A DNA stretch of 64,000 bases from Prevotellaceae bacterium UBA6417 (lineage in GTDB: Bacteria > Bacteroidota > Bacteroidia > Bacteroidales > Bacteroidaceae), in NCBI GenBank assembly GCA_002439755.1, contig DJPH01000014.1, forward strand, positions 18,577-82,576. Reading direction: 5' to 3'. The position numbers and the translations under genes are program-made. Shown piece by piece: positions 8,334 through 21,028 of this stretch (position 1 is the stretch's first letter; each line of letters opens with the position of its first letter). Under the pieces are notes generated by a model. The model ran no database searches. It saw nothing but the letters and a program-made list of their open reading frames with translations, and was not told the DNA's origin.

Positions 8334-9293
8334 ATGAAGATGACAGACAATGCAGTGCCGCACGGCATGCGCTACAGGGATTATGCCGCTTTCCTACGTG
8401 AGCATTTTGACGGAAAAGTACAGAAGCTTTCAGTCGATGCCGGCCTTGGATGTCCTAACCGTGACGGAACAATCGGGTGGGGCGGTTGTTGTTATTGCAA
8501 CAACCTGAGTTTTGTGCCCTCTTATTGCAGTGCGTCCGATTCGGTTGCCGTGCAGCTCGAGAAAGGCAGACGCTTTTTCGGGCGCAAGTACCCTGAGATG
8601 CGATACCTGGCCTATTTTCAGGCGCATACCAATACGTATGCCCCTTTGCCTGTGCTGCAAAGACTTTATGAGGAGGCTCTCGGAGTCGAGGGCGTCGATG
8701 GCCTTGTGATTGGCACACGCCCTGATTGTGTGTCTGATGAGCTGCTCGACTATTTGGCTTCTCTTGCGCGTTATAGCCATATCATGATGGAGTATGGTGT
8801 TGAAAGCGTTGACGACGGGCAGCTGCGCTTTCTGAACAGAGGACATACCTTTGCCGAGGCTTGTTCGGCCATACGGCGTACGGCGGAGCGCGGCATCTTC
8901 ACTACAGCGCATCTCATCCTCGGGCTGCCCGGTGATACAATTCCTTCGATGTTGAGCCAGCCTTCATTGCTGTCCGGCCTTCCGTTGGATGTCTTGAAGC
9001 TGCATCAATTGCAGATTGTCAGAAATACGCCTCTGGCCTTGCTCTATGACAAGCAGCCGCCGATGTTTTCTTCATTGTTTCATACACCCGAAGCCTATGC
9101 ATCGTTGCTTTGCGAATATTTGCGGCGCCTGCGTCCCGACATGGCAGTTGCACGCTTTACGGCACAGTCTCCGCCCGAAATGCTCGTTGCTCCCATGTGG
9201 GGAATGAAGAACTACGAGTTTGTCGATTTGCTGAAACGAAAGCTGCGGGAAGCCGGTGCGCGACAGGGCGATTTGTATGTCGGCAGGCCTTAG
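8334..9293 (+). CDS. TIGR01212-family radical SAM protein
   Basis: The CPNRDGTIGWGGCCYC cluster motif, and a size and layout like the YhcC/TIGR01212 group. The start was moved to MKMTDN because of the internal promoter box. Confidence 0.7.
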   Translation: MKMTDNAVPHGMRYRDYAAFLREHFDGKVQKLSVDAGLGCPNRDGTIGWGGCCYCNNLSFVPSYCSASDSVAVQLEKGRRFFGRKYPEMRYLAYFQAHTNTYAPLPVLQRLYEEALGVEGVDGLVIGTRPDCVSDELLDYLASLARYSHIMMEYGVESVDDGQLRFLNRGHTFAEACSAIRRTAERGIFTTAHLILGLPGDTIPSMLSQPSLLSGLPLDVLKLHQLQIVRNTPLALLYDKQPPMFSSLFHTPEAYASLLCEYLRRLRPDMAVARFTAQSPPEMLVAPMWGMKNYEFVDLLKRKLREAGARQGDLYVGRP

Positions 9294-9418
9294 CCCTGCA
9301 TGGCTTTGCCTTTCTTTTACTTGAAAGATGTGACGAAAAGCCGGTATTTACTTAATCTTTGGGATGTCCTTGGCAGGTATTTTCGCAAGTAACCTTTTTG
9401 GGGCTTATGGGAAAGTCG

Positions 9419-9426
9419 TAACTTTG
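9419..9426 (+). promoter_or_regulatory. -7 box (TAACTTTG)
   Basis: Exact TAnnTTTG, 18 nt upstream of the ATG at 9444. Confidence 0.55.
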
Positions 9427-9443
9427 CACTAAAAAGAAAATCC

Positions 9444-10508
9444 ATGAATTATATATCACTGCTCGTTTCCACAAAGCCCGAAGGCTTGTTTCATGAAAGA
9501 CTGGACGACTTGTTCTTGAGAGTCAAGGCTGAAATGTCAAGGCTTGGCCTGCAGCCTGCCAATCTTGCCTGGTCGCGCGTATTCCTAAGTGATTCTGCCA
9601 ATCAGCTGGAGCTTTTGGAAAATCACCCCATATTTGTGTCCTTGCTCTCTCGCACCGCATTTTCTTATGTGGAGCAGCCGCCCTTGGACGGCGGCAAGAT
9701 TCAGCTGCTGCTGAATCTGGTGCCTGAAGGCGTTGTGAGTTCGGGCACGCACGATAAATGCGTGTTGCAAGTGGGCGGAAAACGGCATTTGTGGCAAAGC
9801 ATCCGCTTTAAGCCGGCCGAGACAAAGGGAAAGACGGCCTACGAACTGACCCGCGAGGCTTTCAGACGGCATAAGGAATGGCTGGCCGGGCAGGGACTGG
9901 CTCTGAAAGATAATTGTGTGCGCACATGGTTCTTTGTTCGTGACATTGATCATAATTATCATGACGTTGTTGTGGCACGCAACGATGTCTTCGACGAAGA
10001 AGGCCTGACTTCGGAAACACATTTTATCGCTTCAACAGGAATTGGCGGGTGCAGTGAAAACCCCGATGCCTTAGTGAGCGTTGATTTTTGGTCGGTCGAT
10101 GATGCCGGCATGGTGCAGAAATATCTACAGGCACTCGACTACCTGAATCCCACGCATGAATATGGCGTGGCTTTCGAACGGGGCGTGATGCTTTCTCAAG
10201 GAAACGCACGCAACATACTGATTTCCGGTACGGCCAGCATTGACAAGCAGGGCAATTGCCTCTATGTCGGAGATGTATATAAACAAACAGAACGCCTTTT
10301 CTTGAATATCGGGAAGCTGCTGGCCGATGGCGGAATGGATTTTTCCAATGTCAGGAATATGATTGTGTACCTGCGCGATGTTTCAGATTACAACCTTGTC
10401 AAAGAATATCTGGATACCCGCTTTCCCGATTTGCCGAAAGCCATCCTGCTGGCTCCGGTGTGCCGGCCTCACTGGCTGATAGAAGTGGAGTGCGTGGCGT
10501 CCTGTTGA
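9444..10508 (+). CDS. double RidA/YjgF-fold protein, candidate FkbO/Hyg5/XanB2-type chorismatase
   Basis: 354 aa. The C-terminal half is clearly RidA-like (ILISGTASIDKQGN...VYLRDVSDY...IEVECVA). The size and the SGTASI motif fit the chorismatase family as I recall it. Confidence 0.45.
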   Translation: MNYISLLVSTKPEGLFHERLDDLFLRVKAEMSRLGLQPANLAWSRVFLSDSANQLELLENHPIFVSLLSRTAFSYVEQPPLDGGKIQLLLNLVPEGVVSSGTHDKCVLQVGGKRHLWQSIRFKPAETKGKTAYELTREAFRRHKEWLAGQGLALKDNCVRTWFFVRDIDHNYHDVVVARNDVFDEEGLTSETHFIASTGIGGCSENPDALVSVDFWSVDDAGMVQKYLQALDYLNPTHEYGVAFERGVMLSQGNARNILISGTASIDKQGNCLYVGDVYKQTERLFLNIGKLLADGGMDFSNVRNMIVYLRDVSDYNLVKEYLDTRFPDLPKAILLAPVCRPHWLIEVECVASC

Positions 10509-10527
10509 ACACTGACTTTTCGCTTTT

Positions 10528-10568
10528 AAAACGGCAGGCTTTCTTTTCAAAAGGGAGCCTGCCGTTTT
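10528..10568 (+). terminator. rho-independent terminator
   Basis: Perfect 13-bp stem AAAACGGCAGGCT / AGCCTGCCGTTTT with a 15-nt loop, 20 nt after the stop at 10508. Confidence 0.7.
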
Positions 10569-10773
10569 AGCATGCAGACGCTTTCTTTTTGTTGTGGGCG
10601 TGAGCCTTTGCGTTAAAGCCGGCAGTTTCTGCTTTTGGGCATTGACGCACGATCAATCGAAGATATGGAAAGCCTCAGAATTATCGTTCTCGTGCCTTGA
10701 GTGAACGAAAATGAGCCTTGTATAGCCTATTTTGTATAGCAGGCTTGAAAATCGGATGTATTTTCGAGCTTTT

Positions 10774-10807
10774 TTTGAGGTGGTATATCCGAAAAAATGT
10801 ATCTTTG
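10774..10807 (+). promoter_or_regulatory. promoter for the GH2 gene: -33 TTTG (10774-10777) and -7 TATCTTTG (10800-10807)
   Basis: Both Bacteroidetes consensus elements are present with a 22-nt spacer. The leader to the ATG at 10968 is about 150 nt. Confidence 0.55.
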
Positions 10808-10946
10808 CAAGGAAAAGATTCAATAAACCTGTATTGAGCTTGAAACAATGACCTTGAATATTGGCGTAGCAAGTGGAACTTGACGCAATATTGGTTCTTT
10901 TTTGCTTCTTGGTTGATTGGGCGATTGAATGTACAACTCGTGATAG

Positions 10947-14132
<3,186 letters not shown>

Positions 14133-14137
14133 CAGGA

Positions 14138-14158
14138 AGGAGTCTGTTATAGACTCCT
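14138..14158 (+). terminator. possible weak terminator hairpin after the GH2 gene
   Basis: 8-bp stem AGGAGTCT/AGACTCCT with a 5-nt loop, 6 nt after the stop. The T-tract is poor. Confidence 0.3.
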
Positions 14159-14561
14159 CTGCTTGCGTTGGGAAATGGCTCTTTTGAATTGCTGAGAAGC
14201 CGTAGTTCTTGATAAAAATATAAGAGAAATGATTCCGATGGCATTCTCAGAGCCTGAAAACGTTAGCAAAACGGTGTTAAGTCCTTGTGTAAGAGCAAAG
14301 AGAAGCGCGAATAATTGTGTGAGAATTTTTGAAGGAAATGTCTCTTTGACGGCAAATCGGATTCCATGCTGAATATTTCAGCGCAAGGTGAACAATAAAG
14401 ATGTAATATGTTTGATAAACAATAGTAGATTTGAAGGATATATATAAATGATAAATAAGCGAGGAAACAAGCAGTCTTTTCTAAGGCAACAGATGTTCAT
14501 AATAAAAGTTAATCAACTGCACTTTCTCTTTGCAAGGCGCGGTAGAGAGAGGAAGAATCGC

Positions 14562-14569
14562 TAATTTTG
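14562..14569 (+). promoter_or_regulatory. candidate -7 box (TAATTTTG) for the first SusC/D module
   Basis: Exact TAnnTTTG, 65 nt upstream of 14634. The nearest upstream TTTG (14529-14532) is at a non-canonical 29-nt spacing. Confidence 0.35.
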
Positions 14570-14633
14570 TGTCAAACAGAGAAGACTCAATCAAGAAGAA
14601 ATTAAATTAGAAATCATATAAAACTAAAATTTA

Positions 14634-17588
14634 ATGTGTATGAAAGACCGTTTATTCAGAATGCGCAGGCAGCTCACAGGGGCTTTTGCACTGCTGTTGA
14701 TTGGCGGGTTGATGTACTCTTGTTCAGATGATTACGACTTACCGGATAAGACTCCCGGTTGGTTGGGATCGAGTATCTATGCATACTTGAAGGATAAAGG
14801 GAACTACACCAATACTGTCAAGTTAATTGAGGATTTGGATTATACGGAGGTTTTAGCAAAGACTGGTAGTAAGACGTTGTTCGTCGCTGACGATGACGCC
14901 TATGCCCGTTTCTTTCAAAGCAATCCGTGGGGCGTCCGAAGCTACGAAGAATTGACACAATCGCAAAAACGATTGCTGTTGAATTCCTCTATGTTCGACA
15001 ATGCTTATTTGTTGGAAATGATGCCGAACCTGTCTTCTTCTTCCATGGGTTCAGATGGAACATATCTTGACAGAAACCGTTGCTTGCGTCAGCCTACTTC
15101 TGTCGCTGTCAGCGATTATATAGGATTCGTTAAGTGGGATAGCTTGTATAATGGTCAGACGGTCCTTCCTAAGACTGAAAATCTGGGTCGTAATAATGCC
15201 GGTGGCAGAGCTGATAAGGATTATTGGGCACGTTTTCGTGAACAATCTAAAGGCGGAATCTACATGGTATCCGATGGTACGGCTCCTTTGATGGTGCATT
15301 GGATTGCAGGACAGTTGGGTGAACAAAAAATCACTAATGATGACTTTGCAAAAATAGTAGGAAAAGAACGCCAGCCGAATGATGCTTATGTATTTGGCAG
15401 CAAGGTGATTGAACAGGATATAACTTGCCAGAATGGCTATATTGATGTCTTGGACAATGTGTTCATTACGCCTGAAAATATGGCTGAGATGATTCGTACA
15501 AACGGCAGAACTACATTGTTCAGCCACATGTTGGATCGTTTCAGTGCTCCTTATTATAACGGTTCATTGACAAGACAATACCAGCAATTGAATCCGGCTG
15601 TAGACTCTGTATTTGAAAAACGTTACCTTTCGGCACGTTCGCAGGGTGGAAGCGCATTGGAGAGAGACCCGAGCAACAACAGAGTTTCTTATTATTTGAC
15701 TTACGACCCGGGGTGGACTACTTATTATAACGCCAGCCATGGTGTACAAGTGGATATGGGAGCCATGTTCGTTCCTTCAGATGATGCTATCCGTAAGTAC
15801 TTCTTAGACGGAGGTGGCGGTCAGTTCTTGATGGACGCATATGCGACAGAAAAGCCCGTAACTGCAGAAAACCTGATGTTCAATTTGGATCAGGTGCCAT
15901 TGGAAGTTATTCAGGCATTGATTAATAACTTGATGAAGGCCTCCTTTATTGAGACGGTGCCAAGCAAGTATCTGACCATCATGAATGATGCACGTGACCC
16001 GATGTTCTCAAATGCTGCTACAGTAGAAGAATATAAAGCGAAGATTGACACTTGCTTGATTGCAAACAATGGTGTCGTTTATGTGATGAACGAAGTTTAT
16101 ACACCCGCAAAATATGCTTCTGTATCTGCACCTGCATTGGTTGGTGACAGCTTGCGAATCTTCAACTGGGCAATTACTGCGGATGATAAGTATATTACCA
16201 ATCCTAATTCGGCTCCGTTGAACTCGTTTATTTCTACTTATTTGTTGGCGATGAGTACGAACTTCAGTTTCTTCATTCCGACGGATAATGCTTTGCAGAC
16301 TTATTATGACCCTGTGTACATGTCGCATACTCAGCCTTATGTGCTGGCATTCAGATATGACTCGCGAAGTACATCTAATCCTGTTACTGCAAGAGCTAAG
16401 AAGTATGATCCTCTGACCGGAGAAATTGATTCGGTATATGCATCTGTCACCATATCGTCTACGATAGTAAATAACCGTTTGAAAGATATGCTGGATGCTC
16501 ATATCATTGTCGACTCGACTGCTGCCAAGTTGGGTGTTTATGATGGTAATGAATATTATATCTCCAAAGGCGGGGCACCGGTTAAAGTGTCACGTCCCAA
16601 CGATGGTATAAATGGTATGACAGTATATGGTGGTTGGCAATTGAATCATCCCGGACAAGAATGTCATGTTAAGGAAATCTTTGATAAGTCTGAGAAAACC
16701 AACGGTTACGGTAATGGTATGACTTATGTTATTGATCGTCCTATACAGTCGACGGTTAAGTCTGTATATTCAATTATGAATGATGATGAAAACGAGGACT
16801 CTCCTTACCGCGAGTTCTTTGAACTATGCAATGTTGATGCGGATGTGATTGATAATTCCGGATTCTTGGATGAGTATACTAATATTAAGGAGAAAGATAA
16901 TGCACGTAACCGTTATATGGTCTTTGTTAGTGGTAAGTGCATGGATCAGAATGTCCGTTTCTTCAATACCTATCGTTATACAGTGTATATTCCTACAAAT
17001 GAAAGCGTACGTGAGGCAATAAATAACGGTTTGCCTACCTGGACAAAGATTTCGGAATATATTGCTGGCAAACAGGAAGTCCTAAAAGCTCATGAAAATG
17101 AGTGGTCTGATGAAGAAGTTGCCGCATTTACTGATGACTACAAGCAGAAAGCTCAGGCAATGGTAACTTGTCTCTTGAATTTTGTGAAGTATCATTTCCA
17201 GGATAACTCAGTATTTGTAGACAATAATCCTATTGAAACTACTGCTTATGAAACGGCTTGTATCAATAATGTGACTAACCGTTATATTACATTGGAAGTG
17301 TCTTCTGCCAATGGCAAATCGCTCGATGTAAAAGACAAGGATGGCAATACTCGACATGTCATTACTGAAGAAGGGCAGGAGCGCAACTACAATATGTTGA
17401 CGAGAGATATGGAATTTGATGCTGCCAAAGATAATTCGAAGACCATTTCCACGTCGTCTTTTGCAGTATTGCACCGTATTGATGGCGTTTTGAATTTCAT
17501 GGAACTTAATGGCAGTCGCTATGATACGGAATGGCAGGATGCAGCCGGTGCCAAGAAATTTGTAGCTAAGTATCGTATTAGAAAATAA
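14634..17588 (+). CDS. multi-FAS1 (fasciclin) domain lipoprotein
   Basis: Lipobox (LMYSC). The FAS1 signatures recur at least 4 times (TLFVADDDAYARFF...NGYIDVLDNVFITP; AMFVPSDDAIRKYF...NNGVVYVMNEVYTP; FSFFIPTDNALQTYY; YTVYIPTNESVREAI...AVLHRIDGVLNF). The start may be one of three nearby Met codons. Confidence 0.6.
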   Translation: MCMKDRLFRMRRQLTGAFALLLIGGLMYSCSDDYDLPDKTPGWLGSSIYAYLKDKGNYTNTVKLIEDLDYTEVLAKTGSKTLFVADDDAYARFFQSNPWGVRSYEELTQSQKRLLLNSSMFDNAYLLEMMPNLSSSSMGSDGTYLDRNRCLRQPTSVAVSDYIGFVKWDSLYNGQTVLPKTENLGRNNAGGRADKDYWARFREQSKGGIYMVSDGTAPLMVHWIAGQLGEQKITNDDFAKIVGKERQPNDAYVFGSKVIEQDITCQNGYIDVLDNVFITPENMAEMIRTNGRTTLFSHMLDRFSAPYYNGSLTRQYQQLNPAVDSVFEKRYLSARSQGGSALERDPSNNRVSYYLTYDPGWTTYYNASHGVQVDMGAMFVPSDDAIRKYFLDGGGGQFLMDAYATEKPVTAENLMFNLDQVPLEVIQALINNLMKASFIETVPSKYLTIMNDARDPMFSNAATVEEYKAKIDTCLIANNGVVYVMNEVYTPAKYASVSAPALVGDSLRIFNWAITADDKYITNPNSAPLNSFISTYLLAMSTNFSFFIPTDNALQTYYDPVYMSHTQPYVLAFRYDSRSTSNPVTARAKKYDPLTGEIDSVYASVTISSTIVNNRLKDMLDAHIIVDSTAAKLGVYDGNEYYISKGGAPVKVSRPNDGINGMTVYGGWQLNHPGQECHVKEIFDKSEKTNGYGNGMTYVIDRPIQSTVKSVYSIMNDDENEDSPYREFFELCNVDADVIDNSGFLDEYTNIKEKDNARNRYMVFVSGKCMDQNVRFFNTYRYTVYIPTNESVREAINNGLPTWTKISEYIAGKQEVLKAHENEWSDEEVAAFTDDYKQKAQAMVTCLLNFVKYHFQDNSVFVDNNPIETTAYETACINNVTNRYITLEVSSANGKSLDVKDKDGNTRHVITEEGQERNYNMLTRDMEFDAAKDNSKTISTSSFAVLHRIDGVLNFMELNGSRYDTEWQDAAGAKKFVAKYRIRK

Positions 17589-17599
17589 AATAACGTACT

Positions 17600-20500
17600 A
17601 TGAATAAGATAAAGTATCTTCTGTTGCTTATGCTATGTTGCAGCTTTACTGTGACATATGCACAGAAAAGAATTTCGGGCCGGGTTTGGAACCCACAAGA
17701 CGGTCCGGCAATGATGGCAAACGTAGTTGAAGTCGATGCCAATAATCGTATCCAGTCAGCTACTCAGACCGATATGAATGGTAACTTTACAATGATTATT
17801 AAGAATCCTAACAACATTCTGAAAGTTAATTATATTGGTTATCGTCCATGGCAAAGTAAGATTGGTTCAACAACCATGTTCAAGATTCAATTGGAGAAGA
17901 ACACACGAAACTTGAAGGACGTCAAAATCCGGGCGGCCAAGAGAGTGAAGAGCAATGGTCTTTCTATCCCGCAGCGTGAGGTTTCAGTTGCATCTCAAAC
18001 CTTGGATATGGACGAAATGAAGGGACTTTCGTTTGAATCTGCCGACCAGGCACTTCAAGGTCAAATTGCAGGTCTTGATATTGTGGCCAATTCCGGTAAC
18101 TTGGGCTCAGGTATGAGTATGCGTCTTCGTGGTGTGACTACCATTAGTGGAAACCAAGAGCCGTTGATTGTTGTAGATAATCACATTTTGGAAAACTATT
18201 CTTCGACAGATGTCGATCTTCAAGATATGGACAATACAGAGCAGTTCGCAAATCTGTTGAATGTAAATGTTGAGGATATCAAGAGCATCGAAGTAAAGAA
18301 AGATGCCGGTGCCTGTGCCATGTGGGGTGCAAGAGGTGCAAACGGTGTTATTGAGATTACAACACGTCGTGGTGTGAAGGGCAAAACCCGCGTATCCGGC
18401 AACTACTATTTCACAGGCAGCTGGCAACCGGCCGGTATGAAAATGTTGAATGGAGACGGTTATACCATGATGTTGAAAGAAGCCTACTTCAATCCTCGTC
18501 AGAGTGACCTTACATCTAATATGGTTGAGCTTTCTTATAAGCGTGATAGAACTGCTTATTATGGAAACTACAACAAAAATACAGATTGGATTGATGAAGT
18601 AACACAGTTTGGCCAATCACATAAGTATTATGTAAGTATCACCGGTGGTGGTGAGCAGGCTCGCTTCCGTGTGTCCGGCGGTTATGACCATGAAACAGGT
18701 ACTATCATCAAGCAGATGTTGGATCGTTTCAGCACTCGTATGACTTTGGATTATGATGTGTCTGACCGTATAAAGTTTAGCTCCAATTTCTCTTTGACTT
18801 ATACCAAGAATAACCAAAATTATACGGATATATTGAAGAGAGCATATCAGGCGATGCCTAATATGAGTGTGACACGATGGGCTTACGATACTTCCACTGA
18901 TTCTTATTATGATACCGGCGAATATTTTAAGATGTTCCCGCGTTATGGTGTTGCCGGTATGGTGCCTGATGGATACACTTCATATTATTTGAATGACATG
19001 ATAGGTAATGGCAACCCTGTTGCGATAGCAAATTTGTCATGGAAGAAGCTGAGCAGTTATACTATCAGTCCTCAATTCGAGCTTGAATATAAACTTTTGG
19101 GTAAAACTGCCGAAAAGACACAGCTGAACTACCGTGGTGAGGTTTACATGAATGCAACATCAAATGTAACTGATGCATACTATCCCGGCGCTTTGTCTAC
19201 AGGTTCATGGTCAGATGATATTAATTTGAGTGCCAAAACAACGAACCGCGGCTTGACATTTACTACGACACATTACCTGACGTTTATACCAAAACTTCCT
19301 GAAGATCATTCTGTTCAGGCAATGGTGCGTGGTGAAATGTCAACCTATAATGGCAATGAGCAAAAGATAAGTTCTCGTGGTTTGGTTGGTGGCATTACTG
19401 ACCCGACTGTGAATGCTTACTTGACCGGTGCAAGTACAAGTACGTCAAAATCTCACAGTTTGAACTTCTATGCTACGGTGCACTATGCCTATAAGTCTAA
19501 ATATGTGCTTGATGCTGCAGTCAGAGCAGACGGAAGCACAATGTTCGGTAAGGAAAAACGCTGGGGTTATTTCCCGAGTATTTCTGGACGTTGGAATATA
19601 AGCGATGAATTGTTCTTCCGTCCGTTGAAGGGTGTTATCAATATGTTCTCATTTGCTCCCGGATGGGGTATCAACGGTAATTTGCCTAATCCGAATGTTG
19701 CAAAAACGACGACAATTCAATTCAATGAGTACAATAATAAAGGAACATATGGTTACAATGGTACCTATATGTCTGCTATTGCTCCGGCAAACCTTCGTTT
19801 GACAACCTTGCAGTGGGAAAAGACTCAATCTTGGAACTTAGGCTTCAACTTGAATTTCTGGGAAGATTTGTTGTGCTTCAATTTAAACTTGTATAGAAAG
19901 AATACCTCTGAACTTCTTCAGGCCAATGTGAAAATACCTTCGTCTGTAGGTTATTCTAAATTGGACTGGGCAAACGTCGGACGTCTTAAGAATACAGGTT
20001 GGGAGTTGAATGCTTCTACAAAAGATATCTTTAAGATTGGCAAGTTCTCTATGAAAGTGAAGTTCAATGCGTCTCAAAACCGTAACCGTATTATGGAAAT
20101 GGATGCGAGTGTATTGTCAACTATAAATGGAGATTTCAACTATCAGAATGAAAACTATCTGAGCCGTGTTCAAATAGGAAATGCATTGTATTCGATTTAC
20201 GGTTTCCGCTACAAGGGTGTTTATCGCTATAATTACGATCATTCAGGCTATTTTGCAGATGAATCAAAGAATGCTTTGTATGGTGAGAACACTGCTGCCG
20301 CAGCTGCTGCCCGTGGTGAGAATGCAACCTGCCCGATTGCGCGCGATGCCAATGGCAATATTATATTCGATGCTGACGGTAATCCGCTGCGCATGTATTA
20401 TAATTATGGTAATACAAACTATCAGTTTGCCGGTGGTGATGCCATCTACGAGGATATTAACCACGACGGTCAAATCAATGAACTTGATATCGTTTACTTG

Positions 20501-21016
20501 GGTAACTCGAATCCTTCTTTCAATGGTGGTTTCGGCTTCGATTTCAAGTATGGTCGTTGGACATTGAAGACAAGTTTCAATGTGCGCCTTGGTGCTGATA
20601 TCGTTAACTTGGCACGCATGTATGCCGAGGATATGCGTACCAATAAGAATCAAAGTGCCGCAGTAAGTTGGCGTTGGCGCAAGAATGGTGACATTACGGA
20701 AATTCCGCGTGCGATGAATGTTAACGCCGGTTCTTCTTATAATGCTTTAGCCAGTGACCGCTACGTTGAAAACAGTGATTTTATACGTCTACAGTATATG
20801 CAGCTGAGCTATACTTTCGACAAATCTTTCTTGAAACGTTTAGGTTTGGGACTGAGTGCTCTTTCGTTCTCTTGTTCAGCAAACAACTTGTTCTTCCTGA
20901 CCAAGTATAAGGGCGTTGACCCCGAACACGCAGCAAGTGGTTATTCTCCTGCGTTTGATGATTCTCAGACCCCGAGATCTCGTTCGATTACATTTAGTTT
21001 GAATTTCTCGTTCTAA
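17600..21016 (+). CDS. SusC/RagA-family TonB-dependent outer-membrane transporter (module 1)
   Basis: 1,138 aa with a signal peptide, a carboxypeptidase-regulatory-like N-domain, a plug (GANGVIEITTRRG) and a C-terminal beta-barrel ending in F. It is followed by SusD after a 12-nt gap. Confidence 0.9.
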   Translation: MNKIKYLLLLMLCCSFTVTYAQKRISGRVWNPQDGPAMMANVVEVDANNRIQSATQTDMNGNFTMIIKNPNNILKVNYIGYRPWQSKIGSTTMFKIQLEKNTRNLKDVKIRAAKRVKSNGLSIPQREVSVASQTLDMDEMKGLSFESADQALQGQIAGLDIVANSGNLGSGMSMRLRGVTTISGNQEPLIVVDNHILENYSSTDVDLQDMDNTEQFANLLNVNVEDIKSIEVKKDAGACAMWGARGANGVIEITTRRGVKGKTRVSGNYYFTGSWQPAGMKMLNGDGYTMMLKEAYFNPRQSDLTSNMVELSYKRDRTAYYGNYNKNTDWIDEVTQFGQSHKYYVSITGGGEQARFRVSGGYDHETGTIIKQMLDRFSTRMTLDYDVSDRIKFSSNFSLTYTKNNQNYTDILKRAYQAMPNMSVTRWAYDTSTDSYYDTGEYFKMFPRYGVAGMVPDGYTSYYLNDMIGNGNPVAIANLSWKKLSSYTISPQFELEYKLLGKTAEKTQLNYRGEVYMNATSNVTDAYYPGALSTGSWSDDINLSAKTTNRGLTFTTTHYLTFIPKLPEDHSVQAMVRGEMSTYNGNEQKISSRGLVGGITDPTVNAYLTGASTSTSKSHSLNFYATVHYAYKSKYVLDAAVRADGSTMFGKEKRWGYFPSISGRWNISDELFFRPLKGVINMFSFAPGWGINGNLPNPNVAKTTTIQFNEYNNKGTYGYNGTYMSAIAPANLRLTTLQWEKTQSWNLGFNLNFWEDLLCFNLNLYRKNTSELLQANVKIPSSVGYSKLDWANVGRLKNTGWELNASTKDIFKIGKFSMKVKFNASQNRNRIMEMDASVLSTINGDFNYQNENYLSRVQIGNALYSIYGFRYKGVYRYNYDHSGYFADESKNALYGENTAAAAAARGENATCPIARDANGNIIFDADGNPLRMYYNYGNTNYQFAGGDAIYEDINHDGQINELDIVYLGNSNPSFNGGFGFDFKYGRWTLKTSFNVRLGADIVNLARMYAEDMRTNKNQSAAVSWRWRKNGDITEIPRAMNVNAGSSYNALASDRYVENSDFIRLQYMQLSYTFDKSFLKRLGLGLSALSFSCSANNLFFLTKYKGVDPEHAASGYSPAFDDSQTPRSRSITFSLNFSF

Positions 21017-21028
21017 TGATTGTGGATT

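Noticed and set aside
14229-14372. 47-codon ORF (MIPMAFSEPENVSK...) in the 500-nt AT-rich gap upstream of the first FAS1 gene.
   Set aside because: It has no promoter box or recognisable signal or motif, and ORFs of this length are expected by chance. The region is more plausibly a regulatory or degenerate spacer.
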